Positions 27,284 through 34,822 of a stretch of 64,000 nt of DNA are shown in pieces. The notes below the pieces were generated by a model. It worked only from the letters and a program-made list of their open reading frames with translations, was not told the DNA's origin and searched no databases. This stretch comes from an uncultured Candidatus Saccharibacteria bacterium (lineage in GTDB: Bacteria > Patescibacteriota > UBA1384 > DTJR01): the NCBI GenBank assembly GCA_964473025.1, contig CAYYMZ010000002.1:3241-67240 (forward strand). Reading direction: 5' to 3'. The translations under genes and the position numbers were made by a program. Numbering within the stretch: the first letter of the stretch is position 1; each line of letters opens with the position of its first letter.

Positions 27284-28216
27284 TCAAAGATCAACAACGA
27301 AACCTGCTGCTTTGCGATGACCACCCCCCTCAAACAATCGCGCAAGCCGCGAAACATCTATCTTGTCTGATTCTGTGCGTAAGCTGGCTTTTATTTTACC
27401 AGTTTCGGTTTCAACGAGCAAGATAGCGATCTTTGTTTGGGGGATAGTATTAATTAAATTAACAATTCCAGAAGCATCATCTTCGGTTGCGCCGCACAAC
27501 TTAAGGTCAGATCTTGAAAGATAGGTTAATACTATTCCACCCTCCTTAACACGCATCTTTTTTAATGCAATGCCCCATAATTTCAATGTGGATGATTTGC
27601 GAGAAAAACTAAGGTTTTGCGAAACAAGGCCTATCCTACCACCTAGACGGAGACACTCGGAAGCAATTTTAAGCGTTTCGACGGTAACGTTGGGATGCTG
27701 AAATCCTCCGGTATCATAGTAAATTCCCGCTAAAATATAAGTGGCCATTCTCGCGTCTATATTTGCGTTCATGTATTTCAAAAGCTTAAAAACAATCTCT
27801 GCCGCAGCAGAAGCACGATCGTCTACCAAGTTAACTTTAGAGATTTTATGTAGATTATTTCTTAGATGGTGGTCAATATTGATTAATGGCTTGGTTTTAC
27901 AAACCTGCTCCAACCGAACGGGGAAGCCGGTTCGGTTAGCATCACCGCAATCAATTGCAAAAATCAGATCATAGTCCCCAAGCAGAAAATCATTTTTAAT
28001 TTCAGAAATACCGGGTAAAAAATTAAAAACGGGAGGGATTCCCTCCTTGACCGCGCAATCAACTTTTTTTCCGATTCCCTTCAGGTAATCGCAGAGAGCT
28101 AAGGACGATGAAATGGTGTCGCCATCGGGAAAGCTATGAAGGAGAATCAAAATGTTCTGCGAGCTTGTAATGAGTACTTTAATCTCTTCAAACTTCTGCA
28201 TTGGCAATTTCAACAA
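27284..28216 (-). CDS. nrnA: DHH/DHHA1 phosphoesterase, NrnA-like (nanoRNase/pAp phosphatase)
   Basis: 'HSFPDGDTISS' (DHH), 'GGGHRKAAG' (DHHA1). 310 aa. Confidence 0.8.
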   Translation of the reverse strand: MLKLPMQKFEEIKVLITSSQNILILLHSFPDGDTISSSLALCDYLKGIGKKVDCAVKEGIPPVFNFLPGISEIKNDFLLGDYDLIFAIDCGDANRTGFPVRLEQVCKTKPLINIDHHLRNNLHKISKVNLVDDRASAAAEIVFKLLKYMNANIDARMATYILAGIYYDTGGFQHPNVTVETLKIASECLRLGGRIGLVSQNLSFSRKSSTLKLWGIALKKMRVKEGGIVLTYLSRSDLKLCGATEDDASGIVNLINTIPQTKIAILLVETETGKIKASLRTESDKIDVSRLARLFEGGGHRKAAGFVVDL

Positions 28217-28724
28217 AGTACGCCTCTTCTTCCGATTCTGCCTCCGCCTTTGTTATTTTAATTTGCTCTTCCTCCTTAAACGAAACACCATTTTTCTTCA
28301 AATCTTCTTTTGAACTTAAAGCGCCAGCATAAACAACAATTTTTGGTTCAATTTGTCCCACCTGTTCAACTGCTTCGCGGATATTACCATCAAGGCGAAC
28401 AACTAAAACTTCTGCGTTCGATAGCCTCTCGATGTCTTCTTTGGCAATTTTACCCTTAAAGCTGACAAACCCGAGGGTTAAATCCTCAAACTGAAAAATA
28501 TAGGTATTATCGTCAATTCCCTGAATGGACACGCCACCGGCTTCGTATTCTCCAGATCCCTCCAGCTCAAGATCGTTGACCATTATTTTATTGTCGAAGA
28601 CGATTAGGGCCGTTTTGGTTTTAATCTCTAGCTCGGATGACTTATTTTTTTGAATAATCATTATTGTTCTCCTTAGATATTTGACTTGGTTTATCATCAT
28701 ATCAGAAAAAGGGTAATTTATCAA
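28188..28724 (-). CDS. hypothetical protein
   Basis: 178-aa ORF with an acidic C-terminus and no recognisable motifs. Confidence 0.4.
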   Translation of the reverse strand: MINYPFSDMMINQVKYLRRTIMIIQKNKSSELEIKTKTALIVFDNKIMVNDLELEGSGEYEAGGVSIQGIDDNTYIFQFEDLTLGFVSFKGKIAKEDIERLSNAEVLVVRLDGNIREAVEQVGQIEPKIVVYAGALSSKEDLKKNGVSFKEEEQIKITKAEAESEEEAYFVEIANAEV

Positions 28725-28760
28725 TAAAAAAATAAGGGGGGAGGCCGGCTGGCCTCCCCC
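28722..28760 (-). terminator. rho-independent terminator of the GC-rich PHP gene
   Basis: 'gggggaggcc-ggct-ggcctccccc', followed on the minus strand by a U tract ('uuauuuuuuuauu'). Confidence 0.7.
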
Positions 28761-28793
28761 ATGTACACCTATCGGTGTTGGATCAACGTCGAG

Positions 28794-30281
28794 TCAATTC
28801 GTTGGGATGTAAAACGGTTCCTGGGGTCCAGCAGCCGTCCCTCCGCCACCATTGCCTTGGTTTGGTGCAGCTACTGGACCTTGCAGCTGTGGTCCTCCTC
28901 CCGGACCAAACAAACCGCCTCGGGCGAAAAGCTGGAAGGCCAGGAAATTCACCAGGGCATCCATCCAGTTATCCTGTCCGGTCTGTTGCGGAGCCGCTTG
29001 AGGTTGCACCTGTTGCGGAAGCTGGTTTGGTTGAGGTGTCGGGACGTAGCCGGGGAAAACCGGCTTCGTCATAGGCGGGGTGAAGTCGAGACGCTGGTCA
29101 TGCGTGTCGGTAAAGCGTTGGACCAGCAACCCATTGAAGGCCAGGCCAGGCGCCAGAATCCCAACCCTGGTCCCGCCGTTGCCCTCCCAGGGCCGAATGA
29201 GCTCGCGTAGATTGTACGCTACGTTCACCTGCGAAGCTTCAACCTCTGCGGCTGCGAACTCTTTGCGCGTTGAGCCCAGTTCATAAAAGTACGCCATGAC
29301 CTTAGAGCCAAACTTGGTGTCGAGTCCCCTCAAACCAGAAACGATCCGCGGTGTCTGATTGGGATTGACTGCCTCGCCCGGCATCGGGCCATGTGAAATC
29401 CTGGCGTCACTAAACGCCGCGTAACAGCGGCCAGCACGAAGGGCGTTAAGAACTCCTTGGGTTGTTAGTTGCTGGACCCCAACCATCGTGTAACGGCGAA
29501 GCTGTGGGAAATAATCGAGCGGGCCACCTTTATGTGCCACCCAGTACGCTTTCTCTACGGCATCGCCATGGTAATCGGCGCCTGAAACGATGGACTTTCC
29601 AGCCGCAACAGCACGGGCCATTGCCACAGATGGGTTATCCGTTAAGCTATCACCCACGTGGTTGAAGATCTCAACCGCATCCACCATCCACAAGTGCTCG
29701 GTCGGGAACCAATATAACCCGCTGGTTGGATGGTTGGCGACAATGAAGCAGTTGGTACCGCCGTGGAGGCGAAGCTCTGACAGGACTCGCGGGATGTTCT
29801 CCTCGCGGTCAACTCCCACCTCTTGAGAGATAGCGATCGCCGACCGGATGACGGTGGGTTCTGTCGAGTAGAAGCCGATGTGACAGTGTCTGTCCTTGCC
29901 ACAGCCGACCTCGACGCCGTAGAGAATGATAACGTCGGGATTCAGTTTCTCCGTCAGACCAATCTCCTGAAACATGTTGTTGATACCGGTTTGCTTTTGG
30001 AATGCTGGCAAGTAGCTAATGCCGAGCAATCCCAGCTGGGATTTGAGATCGAGTTTGAATTCCCTTGACTCAATCATCTCAGCATGATCTGACAAGCCAA
30101 TAGCTCTAGCTCCAAGGGTCCTTGCCTTCTTGACGTTTATGTCGAGATAGAACTCGCCGTCTGAGAAGTTGGAGTGGCCCATGTGCAGAACGACCGGAAT
30201 CCAGGTGTACTGTTGTGCCCCAATCGGACAAACCAGCAGCACGAGAAGCAGAACAGCGAGACAGACAAGCCAACGTTTCAT
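28794..30281 (-). CDS. secreted PHP-domain metallophosphoesterase-like protein with P/Q/G-rich C-terminal tail; GC-rich, probably horizontally acquired
   Basis: Signal peptide 'MKRWLVCLAVLLLVLLV'. PHP motif 'HMGHSNFSDGEF...LSDHAE'. The strong SD 'AAGGAGG', GC-rich codons and many overlapping shadow ORFs are typical of high-GC DNA. Confidence 0.6.
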   Translation of the reverse strand: MKRWLVCLAVLLLVLLVCPIGAQQYTWIPVVLHMGHSNFSDGEFYLDINVKKARTLGARAIGLSDHAEMIESREFKLDLKSQLGLLGISYLPAFQKQTGINNMFQEIGLTEKLNPDVIILYGVEVGCGKDRHCHIGFYSTEPTVIRSAIAISQEVGVDREENIPRVLSELRLHGGTNCFIVANHPTSGLYWFPTEHLWMVDAVEIFNHVGDSLTDNPSVAMARAVAAGKSIVSGADYHGDAVEKAYWVAHKGGPLDYFPQLRRYTMVGVQQLTTQGVLNALRAGRCYAAFSDARISHGPMPGEAVNPNQTPRIVSGLRGLDTKFGSKVMAYFYELGSTRKEFAAAEVEASQVNVAYNLRELIRPWEGNGGTRVGILAPGLAFNGLLVQRFTDTHDQRLDFTPPMTKPVFPGYVPTPQPNQLPQQVQPQAAPQQTGQDNWMDALVNFLAFQLFARGGLFGPGGGPQLQGPVAAPNQGNGGGGTAAGPQEPFYIPTN

Positions 30282-30428
30282 CCGAACCGCCTCCTTATGA
30301 TTAGCCGAATGGCTTAACTCCTAATTGTCAAGCTCTGTTTACAAAAACAGCGCCCTACCCTAAGACAGATGCGCTATTTTTGTAAGTTTTTTTCAATATC
30401 CCAAGCTGACGGGATAGATAATTCATTA

Positions 30429-31505
30429 TTAATCTAAAAGACGCAGACCGATTCTTCTCGACTCTGGCTGAAGTTCGATAATCTCAAATTTTTTCTTGTC
30501 ACCGGATTGCAGAGCTTTGATTTTTGCCACGTCGCCCGAGGATGAAGATGCGTGCACCAAACCATCCAAACCATCTTGAATTCTGACAAATGCACCGTAG
30601 GCGGTAACCTTGCTAACCTCACCATCTATTTTTTGGCCAACGCGCAATTTCTTCATTTCATCAACCCACGGATCAGGCATAAGCCGTTTGATTGAGAGCG
30701 AGATTTTACCGTTTTCGATTTTGACAATCTTGGCTTTTACTTTTTGCCCAATCTTGAAAAGCTTGTTTAAATCATCGACATGATCCCAAGAAACCTCTGA
30801 AATGTGGATAAGACCTTCGAATGATTGAACGTTGACGAAAATACCAAAGTGGGCAATTCCCGTAATCGTACCTTCAACCTCCTGGCCGATTTCAAATGCA
30901 CTTTCGGCTCCACCCAAAGCTTCATTAGCCGCCATTTTTTCCGAAAAAATCAGCTTTTCTTCTTTTTTGTCTGTAGCAATAATTTTGACGGTGAGAGTTT
31001 CACCAATCAGTCGTTTTAACTTACCTAAAATTTGTGACGGATCGCCGCCATCAACTCGCGGATAATGCTCGGAAGATAACTGGGAAACAGGTAAGAAACC
31101 GGAAATGCCGCCGACCTCGATCATTAAACCGCCGCGGTTGGCATTAACAGCCTTTGCTTCAACCAACGTTCCTTTATCTTTTTTATCATCCAAAGTTTCC
31201 CAAAGGCGATCACGATCGGCACGACGAAAACTCAAAACAACATAACCATCCTTATTCTCCATGGAAACAACATTTGCCCTGGCTTCATCTCCAGGAACTA
31301 ATTCGTTTGTATCAAAAGAAAATTCTTTCTCCGGAACAAAACCATAAGCTAACCCGCCAATATCACACAAGATTTTATGGCTACCTGTTGAGACGATTTT
31401 ACAGGTTACGGTTGCGCCAATATCAAACGGAACCAAAGCTGTGCCCACGCTCTCAACGAGGGAATCCATGTCTGCTGGTTTTGTTTTAGCGGTTTTTGAT
31501 GCCAT
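30429..31505 (-). CDS. rpsA: 30S ribosomal protein S1-like (four S1 domains, short form)
   Basis: Repeated S1 OB-fold units ('GxV..i..fGaFV'). 358 aa. Confidence 0.75.
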   Translation of the reverse strand: MASKTAKTKPADMDSLVESVGTALVPFDIGATVTCKIVSTGSHKILCDIGGLAYGFVPEKEFSFDTNELVPGDEARANVVSMENKDGYVVLSFRRADRDRLWETLDDKKDKGTLVEAKAVNANRGGLMIEVGGISGFLPVSQLSSEHYPRVDGGDPSQILGKLKRLIGETLTVKIIATDKKEEKLIFSEKMAANEALGGAESAFEIGQEVEGTITGIAHFGIFVNVQSFEGLIHISEVSWDHVDDLNKLFKIGQKVKAKIVKIENGKISLSIKRLMPDPWVDEMKKLRVGQKIDGEVSKVTAYGAFVRIQDGLDGLVHASSSSGDVAKIKALQSGDKKKFEIIELQPESRRIGLRLLD

Positions 31506-31893
31506 TTTTTTGATACTTTTCCCTTCTCTTGAACTCTCGATATTTATACCATAATGCTGAAACTCTAGCTATACGGTAGTATAACAAAAATAAAAACCAA
31601 ATCAACCATATAATCAGAATTATTAGGAAAAACAACTTTTTAACTTGAAAGCCCGTAAGATATATGGCTAGCAAAAAAACTAAAGTTAATGGTATGTACA
31701 GGAGGAAATCACCGATCCATTTGACAAACCGCCTATAAAAACGCGGGGTTTTCCTCTTTTCAATAAATAACTGCAGGACAATACCGCAAATTGCAATCAA
31801 AGCTAACGCAATTAAGGCAATAATTGCGTTTCGACTGGTTAGATTAATGCTTTCGTTAAGATAAGCAACGCTGAAAATAGTTGAAATCTGCAT
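31486..31893 (-). CDS. hypothetical membrane protein (3-4 TM helices)
   Basis: 135-aa hydrophobic ORF. Confidence 0.4.
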   Translation of the reverse strand: MQISTIFSVAYLNESINLTSRNAIIALIALALIAICGIVLQLFIEKRKTPRFYRRFVKWIGDFLLYIPLTLVFLLAIYLTGFQVKKLFFLIILIIWLIWFLFLLYYRIARVSALWYKYREFKRREKYQKNGIKNR

Positions 31894-31940
31894 TTTAAAA
31901 AATGTGGCTCGCCATTCCGAAGCCCCAAAGGGGCGAAGGA

Positions 31941-32116
31941 TGGTGCCGGGGGACAGAGTCGATCACAAGTCCAAATCTGCTGATTTGGCTCGCGATCCCC
32001 GCTCGGCCCCGTCGGGCCTGCGCGCTCCGCCTCTTGTCGACTGGCTCTCAAGTTATCGGCCAGTCGTCCCCGTCAGTTACAATCCTGTTTTGCTAATGCA
32101 AAACCAGGATTTGAAT
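31941..32116 (-). repeat. GC-rich ORF-less element el1, immediately 3' of tRNA-Phe; ends with a 22-nt copy of the tRNA-Phe 3' terminus (T-loop C56 to CCA)
   Basis: Minus-sense 3' end '...ACUUGUGA|UCGACUCUGUCCCCCGGCACCA' equals the last 22 nt of tRNA-Phe. Internal motifs 'GCGAUCCCCGCUCGG' and 'AAAUCAGCAGAUUU' are shared with el2, el4 and el5. Confidence 0.65.
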
Positions 32117-32192
32117 TGGTGCCGGGGGACAGAGTCGGACTGTCCACACCTGGTTTTTCAGACCAGTGCTCTAACCGCTGAGCTACCCCGGC
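32117..32192 (-). tRNA. tRNA-Phe (anticodon GAA), CCA encoded
   Basis: 'GCCGGGGUAGCUCAGCGGUUAGAGCA-CUGGU-CUGAAAA-ACCAG...CCCCGGCACCA'. Cloverleaf by eye; T-loop atypical 'UCCGACU'. Confidence 0.85.
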
Positions 32193-32310
32193 ATATTAAA
32201 CTTAAAACTAAAAACGAAAAAGTAAAAAGAAAATCAGATATTCAAAATGCAAAATTTATACAGGGAAATAATAGCAAATTAACCTTGAAAATTCAATTTC
32301 CAGTGTATTT

Positions 32311-32340
32311 TGGTGGCCGCTACAGGATTCCGAACCTGTG
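32311..32340 (-). repeat. orphan tRNA 3'-fragment (T-arm-like + acceptor 3' strand + CCA: 'CACAGGUUCGGAAUCCUGUAGCGGCCACCA')
   Basis: Seen directly. No matching 5' half in the window. Sits 6 nt downstream of el2's CCA. Confidence 0.5.
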
Positions 32341-32349
32341 AATATTGTT

Positions 32350-32496
32350 TGGTGCGTCCAAGAGGACTCGGTCACAAGTTCGCGCCTGCTGGTGCGCCTC
32401 GCGACCCCGCCTCGCGCCCGTCGGCGCTGCGGCCTTCTCGTCCTCGGCTCCCAAATATTTGTTTGTCCTGGCCCTTCAGGCCCGGCCAAACAAATC
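32350..32496 (-). repeat. GC-rich ORF-less element el2, immediately 3' of tRNA-Val; ends with a 21-nt copy of the tRNA-Val 3' terminus
   Basis: Minus-sense 3' end '...AACUUGUGAC|CGAGUCCUCUUGGACGCACCA' is identical to tRNA-Val from T-loop C56. Motifs 'GAGAAGGCCGCAGCGCCGACGGGCGCGAGGCGGGGUCGCGAG'. Confidence 0.65.
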
Positions 32497-32571
32497 TGGT
32501 GCGTCCAAGAGGACTCGAACCTCTAACCCCTTGGATGTAAACCAAGTGCTCTACCGTTGAGCTATGGACGC
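32497..32571 (-). tRNA. tRNA-Val (anticodon UAC), CCA encoded
   Basis: 'GCGUCCAUAGCUCAACGGUAGAGCA-CUUGG-UUUACAU-CCAAG-...AGAGGUUCGAGUCCUCU-UGGACGCACCA'. Canonical cloverleaf. Confidence 0.88.
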
Positions 32572-32616
32572 CCATATCTAAAAATCCCTTAAGTCATACC
32601 GACTGGGAAGCCAAAA

Positions 32617-32868
32617 CTAACTTGCTTTAAAAACTTCGTCGCCTTCGCGGGCTTTGCCGGTCACTTTAATACCGACTTCGTCACCCTTATCCGCTTCCTC
32701 AATTTCGGCGTGCTCAACCTGCATTGAATCAACAGTTTCTTCGATTTCGGTAGTATTCCCCTTAATCTTGACTTTGTCGCCAATTTTAAGCGGCTTTTCC
32801 AATTTAACGATCGCCACCTGTATTTTGTCGAAAAAATGGGTGACTTCGCCTAATTTTTCTTCAGCCAT
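32617..32868 (-). CDS. small stand-alone beta-barrel protein, EF-Tu domain-2-like
   Basis: 83 aa: 'GEVTHFFDKIQVAIVKLEKPLKIGDKVKIKG...VDSMQVEHAEIEEADKGDEVGIKV', which resembles a translation-factor domain II barrel. Confidence 0.4.
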   Translation of the reverse strand: MAEEKLGEVTHFFDKIQVAIVKLEKPLKIGDKVKIKGNTTEIEETVDSMQVEHAEIEEADKGDEVGIKVTGKAREGDEVFKAS

Positions 32869-32935
32869 TGCAATTTGCCAAATTTATTTTTTACGTTCGA
32901 CCGTCTTGGATTATACCTGATCGAGAAGCTTTTTC

Positions 32936-32963
32936 AAGTAAAAATGGCCACGTTAATGGCCAT
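32936..32963 (-). terminator. rho-independent terminator right after el3
   Basis: Minus sense 'AUGGCCAUUAACGUGGCCAU' followed by 'UUUUUAC'. Confidence 0.6.
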
Positions 32964-32968
32964 CTTTC

Positions 32969-33120
32969 TGGTGCCGAGGACAGGACTTGGTCACAAGTCG
33001 GCGCGATTCTAATTTTAAGGAATGCCCCGCTCGCGACCCCGCCTCCTTCACTCGCAAGCTCATTCAGTCCGGCTTTCAAGTCCGTCCATCCCAAATACAT
33101 AAAATCCGCCCCTTGCGGGA
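32969..33120 (-). repeat. GC-rich ORF-less element el3; ends with a 21-nt copy of the tRNA-Leu(GAG) 3' terminus although that tRNA lies 1.2 kb away across dedA
   Basis: Minus-sense 3' end '...GACUUGUGAC|CAAGUCCUGUCCUCGGCACCA' equals the tRNA-Leu(GAG) T-loop to CCA. Motif 'CGAGGCGGGGUCGCGAGCGGGGC'. Confidence 0.6.
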
Positions 33121-33384
33121 CGAATTTTATGTCTGGTGCAGGATAATTAGAATAGTTCGAACGCATTTCGGCCTCGAAGCGGCTGTAAAAGTCCGAAATT
33201 TCCAAGAGGGACTATGAACTTTGACAGTCGCAGACAAGAGCCATTTCGTGCTCATTTTCCGGTGGCGATCAATATCCAGCCACAAGAGGTGTGAAAAAGA
33301 CAAGTATCAAAATTACGATGGTGATAAAAAACAACTCTCAATTTTTTTCTAATTATTTATCGGTTACCGCGAACTATAAAAAAA

Positions 33385-34095
33385 TCAAACATCATCGTTA
33401 AGATGTTCTTTTTTGAGTGTTTTCTCTATGTCTTTATAAGTCGCATGTTCAAGTTGCTGTTTTGATATTTTGGGTCCGCGTTTGTATTTTACATATTCAA
33501 TAAACATAGGCATTAGCGAAAGAGCGATGATTCCAAAGACAGCGTATTCGAAATTTGCCTTGATCACCGGTAGACCGCCGAAGAAGTATCCGGCAAATGT
33601 AAGAGAGGTCACCCATAAAAATGCTCCCGCAACATTGTAGAGAAGAAAAGTATTGTAATGCATTTTGCCGATACCGGCAACAAAGGGCGCAAAGGTGCGA
33701 ATAATTGGCAAAAATCGGGCGAGGATTATCGTCTTTCCTCCGTATTTGTCATAAAACTCACGCGTCTTTTCCAAGTAGGCCTTGTTGAAAAATCGCGAGT
33801 TTTGTTTAGAAAAAACCCGAGGCCCGACATAATGTCCAATCCAGTAGTTTGCGGTATCACCAAGCACAGCAGCGACCAGCATAATAGTATATATGGTCCA
33901 TATATCTAAGAATCCGCCGCCGGCAAGGGCCCCTACAGCAAATAGCAATGAATCTCCGGGCAAAAACGGTGTTACGACAAGGCCTGTTTCGGCGAAGATG
34001 ATGGCAAATATTATTACATAAGTCCAGCTACCAAAAACCGTGATGATATTACCCAGGTGTTTGTCAATGTGAAATATAAAATCAAAAATTTCCAT
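33385..34095 (-). CDS. DedA-family membrane protein
   Basis: 'VTPFLPGDSLLFAVGALAG' and a DedA (SNARE-associated) TM pattern. Confidence 0.85.
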   Translation of the reverse strand: MEIFDFIFHIDKHLGNIITVFGSWTYVIIFAIIFAETGLVVTPFLPGDSLLFAVGALAGGGFLDIWTIYTIMLVAAVLGDTANYWIGHYVGPRVFSKQNSRFFNKAYLEKTREFYDKYGGKTIILARFLPIIRTFAPFVAGIGKMHYNTFLLYNVAGAFLWVTSLTFAGYFFGGLPVIKANFEYAVFGIIALSLMPMFIEYVKYKRGPKISKQQLEHATYKDIEKTLKKEHLNDDV

Positions 34096-34192
34096 AATAA
34101 ATTCTCATTTAACCTTGTTTTTAAAATAAAATTAGCTGCCAACCAAAACTAGATTTCGCCGTCCTACGTCGCCACATGGTGGCTATGCGATC

Positions 34193-34280
34193 TGGTGCCG
34201 AGGACAGGACTTGAACCTGCACGGGATTGCTCCCACTACCACCTCAAGGTAGCGTGTATACCAAATTTCACCACCTCGGC
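34193..34280 (-). tRNA. tRNA-Leu (anticodon GAG), CCA encoded
   Basis: 'GCCGAGGUGGUGAAAUUUGGUAUACACGCU-ACCUU-GAGGU-GGUAG' + long variable arm + 'GCAGGUUCAAGUCCUGU-CCUCGGCACCA'. Confidence 0.82.
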
Positions 34281-34321
34281 ACAAAAATGAATTATAAATT
34301 AAAAAAGTGCAAAACTCAATG

Positions 34322-34470
34322 GGTTTATCTCGTTGGTGCCGAAGGCGAGACTCGGTCACGCATAAAATTCTGCTGAATTTTTGCGCGACCCCGGCTCGGC
34401 ACCGTCGTGCCTGCGCCTTTCGAGTTTTCTCGGGCGCACCAACGAAATCCAAACCCTATCGGGTTTATCT
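34322..34470 (-). repeat. GC-rich ORF-less element el4; ends with a 34-nt copy of the 3' end (plus 13 nt of downstream flank) of the tRNA-like fragment at 34474..34532
   Basis: 'gggtttatctcgttggtgccgaaggcgagactcg' occurs at 34322..34355 and again at 34461..34494. Internal 'GCGCGACCCCGGCUCGGCACCGUCGUGCCUGCGCC' and 'AAAUUCUGCUGAAUUU' motifs. Confidence 0.6.
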
Positions 34471-34473
34471 CGT

Positions 34474-34532
34474 TGGTGCCGAAGGCGAGACTCGAACTCG
34501 CACGCCCTTGCGGGCACTGGCTCCCTTGCCCC
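34474..34532 (-). repeat. tRNA 3'-portion fragment (variable arm + T-arm 'GCGAGUUCGAGUCUCGC' + acceptor 3' 'CUUCGGC' + ACCA) separated from its putative 5' partner by an intact tRNA-Leu(CAG)
   Basis: Acceptor 3' strand 'CUUCGGC' is complementary to the 5' acceptor 'GCCGAAG' of the 5' fragment at 34686..34715. Confidence 0.5.
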
Positions 34533-34538
34533 GTTAAA

Positions 34539-34625
34539 TGGTGGGCGCGAGAGGAGTCGAACCTCCACGCCGTTGCCGACACATGATCCTGAATCATGCC
34601 TGTATACCAATTTCAGCACGCGCCC
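34539..34625 (-). tRNA. tRNA-Leu (anticodon CAG), CCA encoded
   Basis: 'GGGCGCGUGCUGAAAUUGGUAUACAGG-CAUGA-UUCAGGA-UCAUG' + long variable arm + 'GGAGGUUCGACUCCUCU-CGCGCCCACCA'. Confidence 0.8.
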
Positions 34626-34685
34626 AATTTATACGGGGTGAACAAGCGTGTATACCCGCCTGCAGAAGCTATCGCTTCAGCGACT

Positions 34686-34715
34686 GCGTGTATACCAATT
34701 TCACCACTTCGGCAC
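34686..34715 (-). repeat. tRNA-Leu-like 5' fragment (acceptor 5' strand + D-arm 'GCCGAAGUGGUGAAAUUGGUAUACACGC') not followed by an anticodon arm
   Basis: Near-identical to the first 30 nt of tRNA-Leu(GAG); downstream sequence does not fold as a tRNA. Confidence 0.5.
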
Positions 34716-34740
34716 TGATTTTCAAGGAATATTCGCGAGC

Positions 34741-34822
34741 TCCATCTCGCAAAGCCATGGCCTTGCGGCCACTGGCTCCTGAAGCCAGCGCGTCTACCAA
34801 TTTCGCCACCTGCCCTTTTTCT
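34741..34822 (-). pseudogene. tRNA-Leu(CAG)-like pseudogene: acceptor 5', D-arm, anticodon arm (loop UUCAGGA), variable arm and a degenerate T-hairpin, but no matching acceptor 3' strand/CCA
   Basis: 'GGGCAGGUGGCGAAAUUGGUAGACGCG-CUGGC-UUCAGGA-GCCAG-UGGCCGCAAGGCCAU-...GCGAGAUGGAGCUCGC'. Confidence 0.45.

Noticed and set aside
28761-30068. Multiple plus- and minus-strand ORFs overlapping the PHP gene (28761..29210, 28775..29074, 29080..29286, 29462..29665, 29590..29826, 29642..29902, 29823..30068)
   Set aside because: High-GC DNA produces long shadow ORFs. Only the 495-aa minus-strand frame has a signal peptide, an SD, a recognisable PHP motif and a terminator.
31904-32575. Stack of overlapping 60-145-aa ORFs on both strands (31904..32341, 32256..32489, 32310..32540, 32338..32526, 32345..32560, 32372..32575, 31839..32051, 31902..32096)
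   Set aside because: They tile the tRNA-Phe/tRNA-Val genes and the GC-rich elements el1/el2. They have no RBS and their frames are mutually exclusive. They are open only because the GC-rich DNA lacks stop codons. The apparent peptide similarity between el1 and el2 frames is explained by nucleotide identity.
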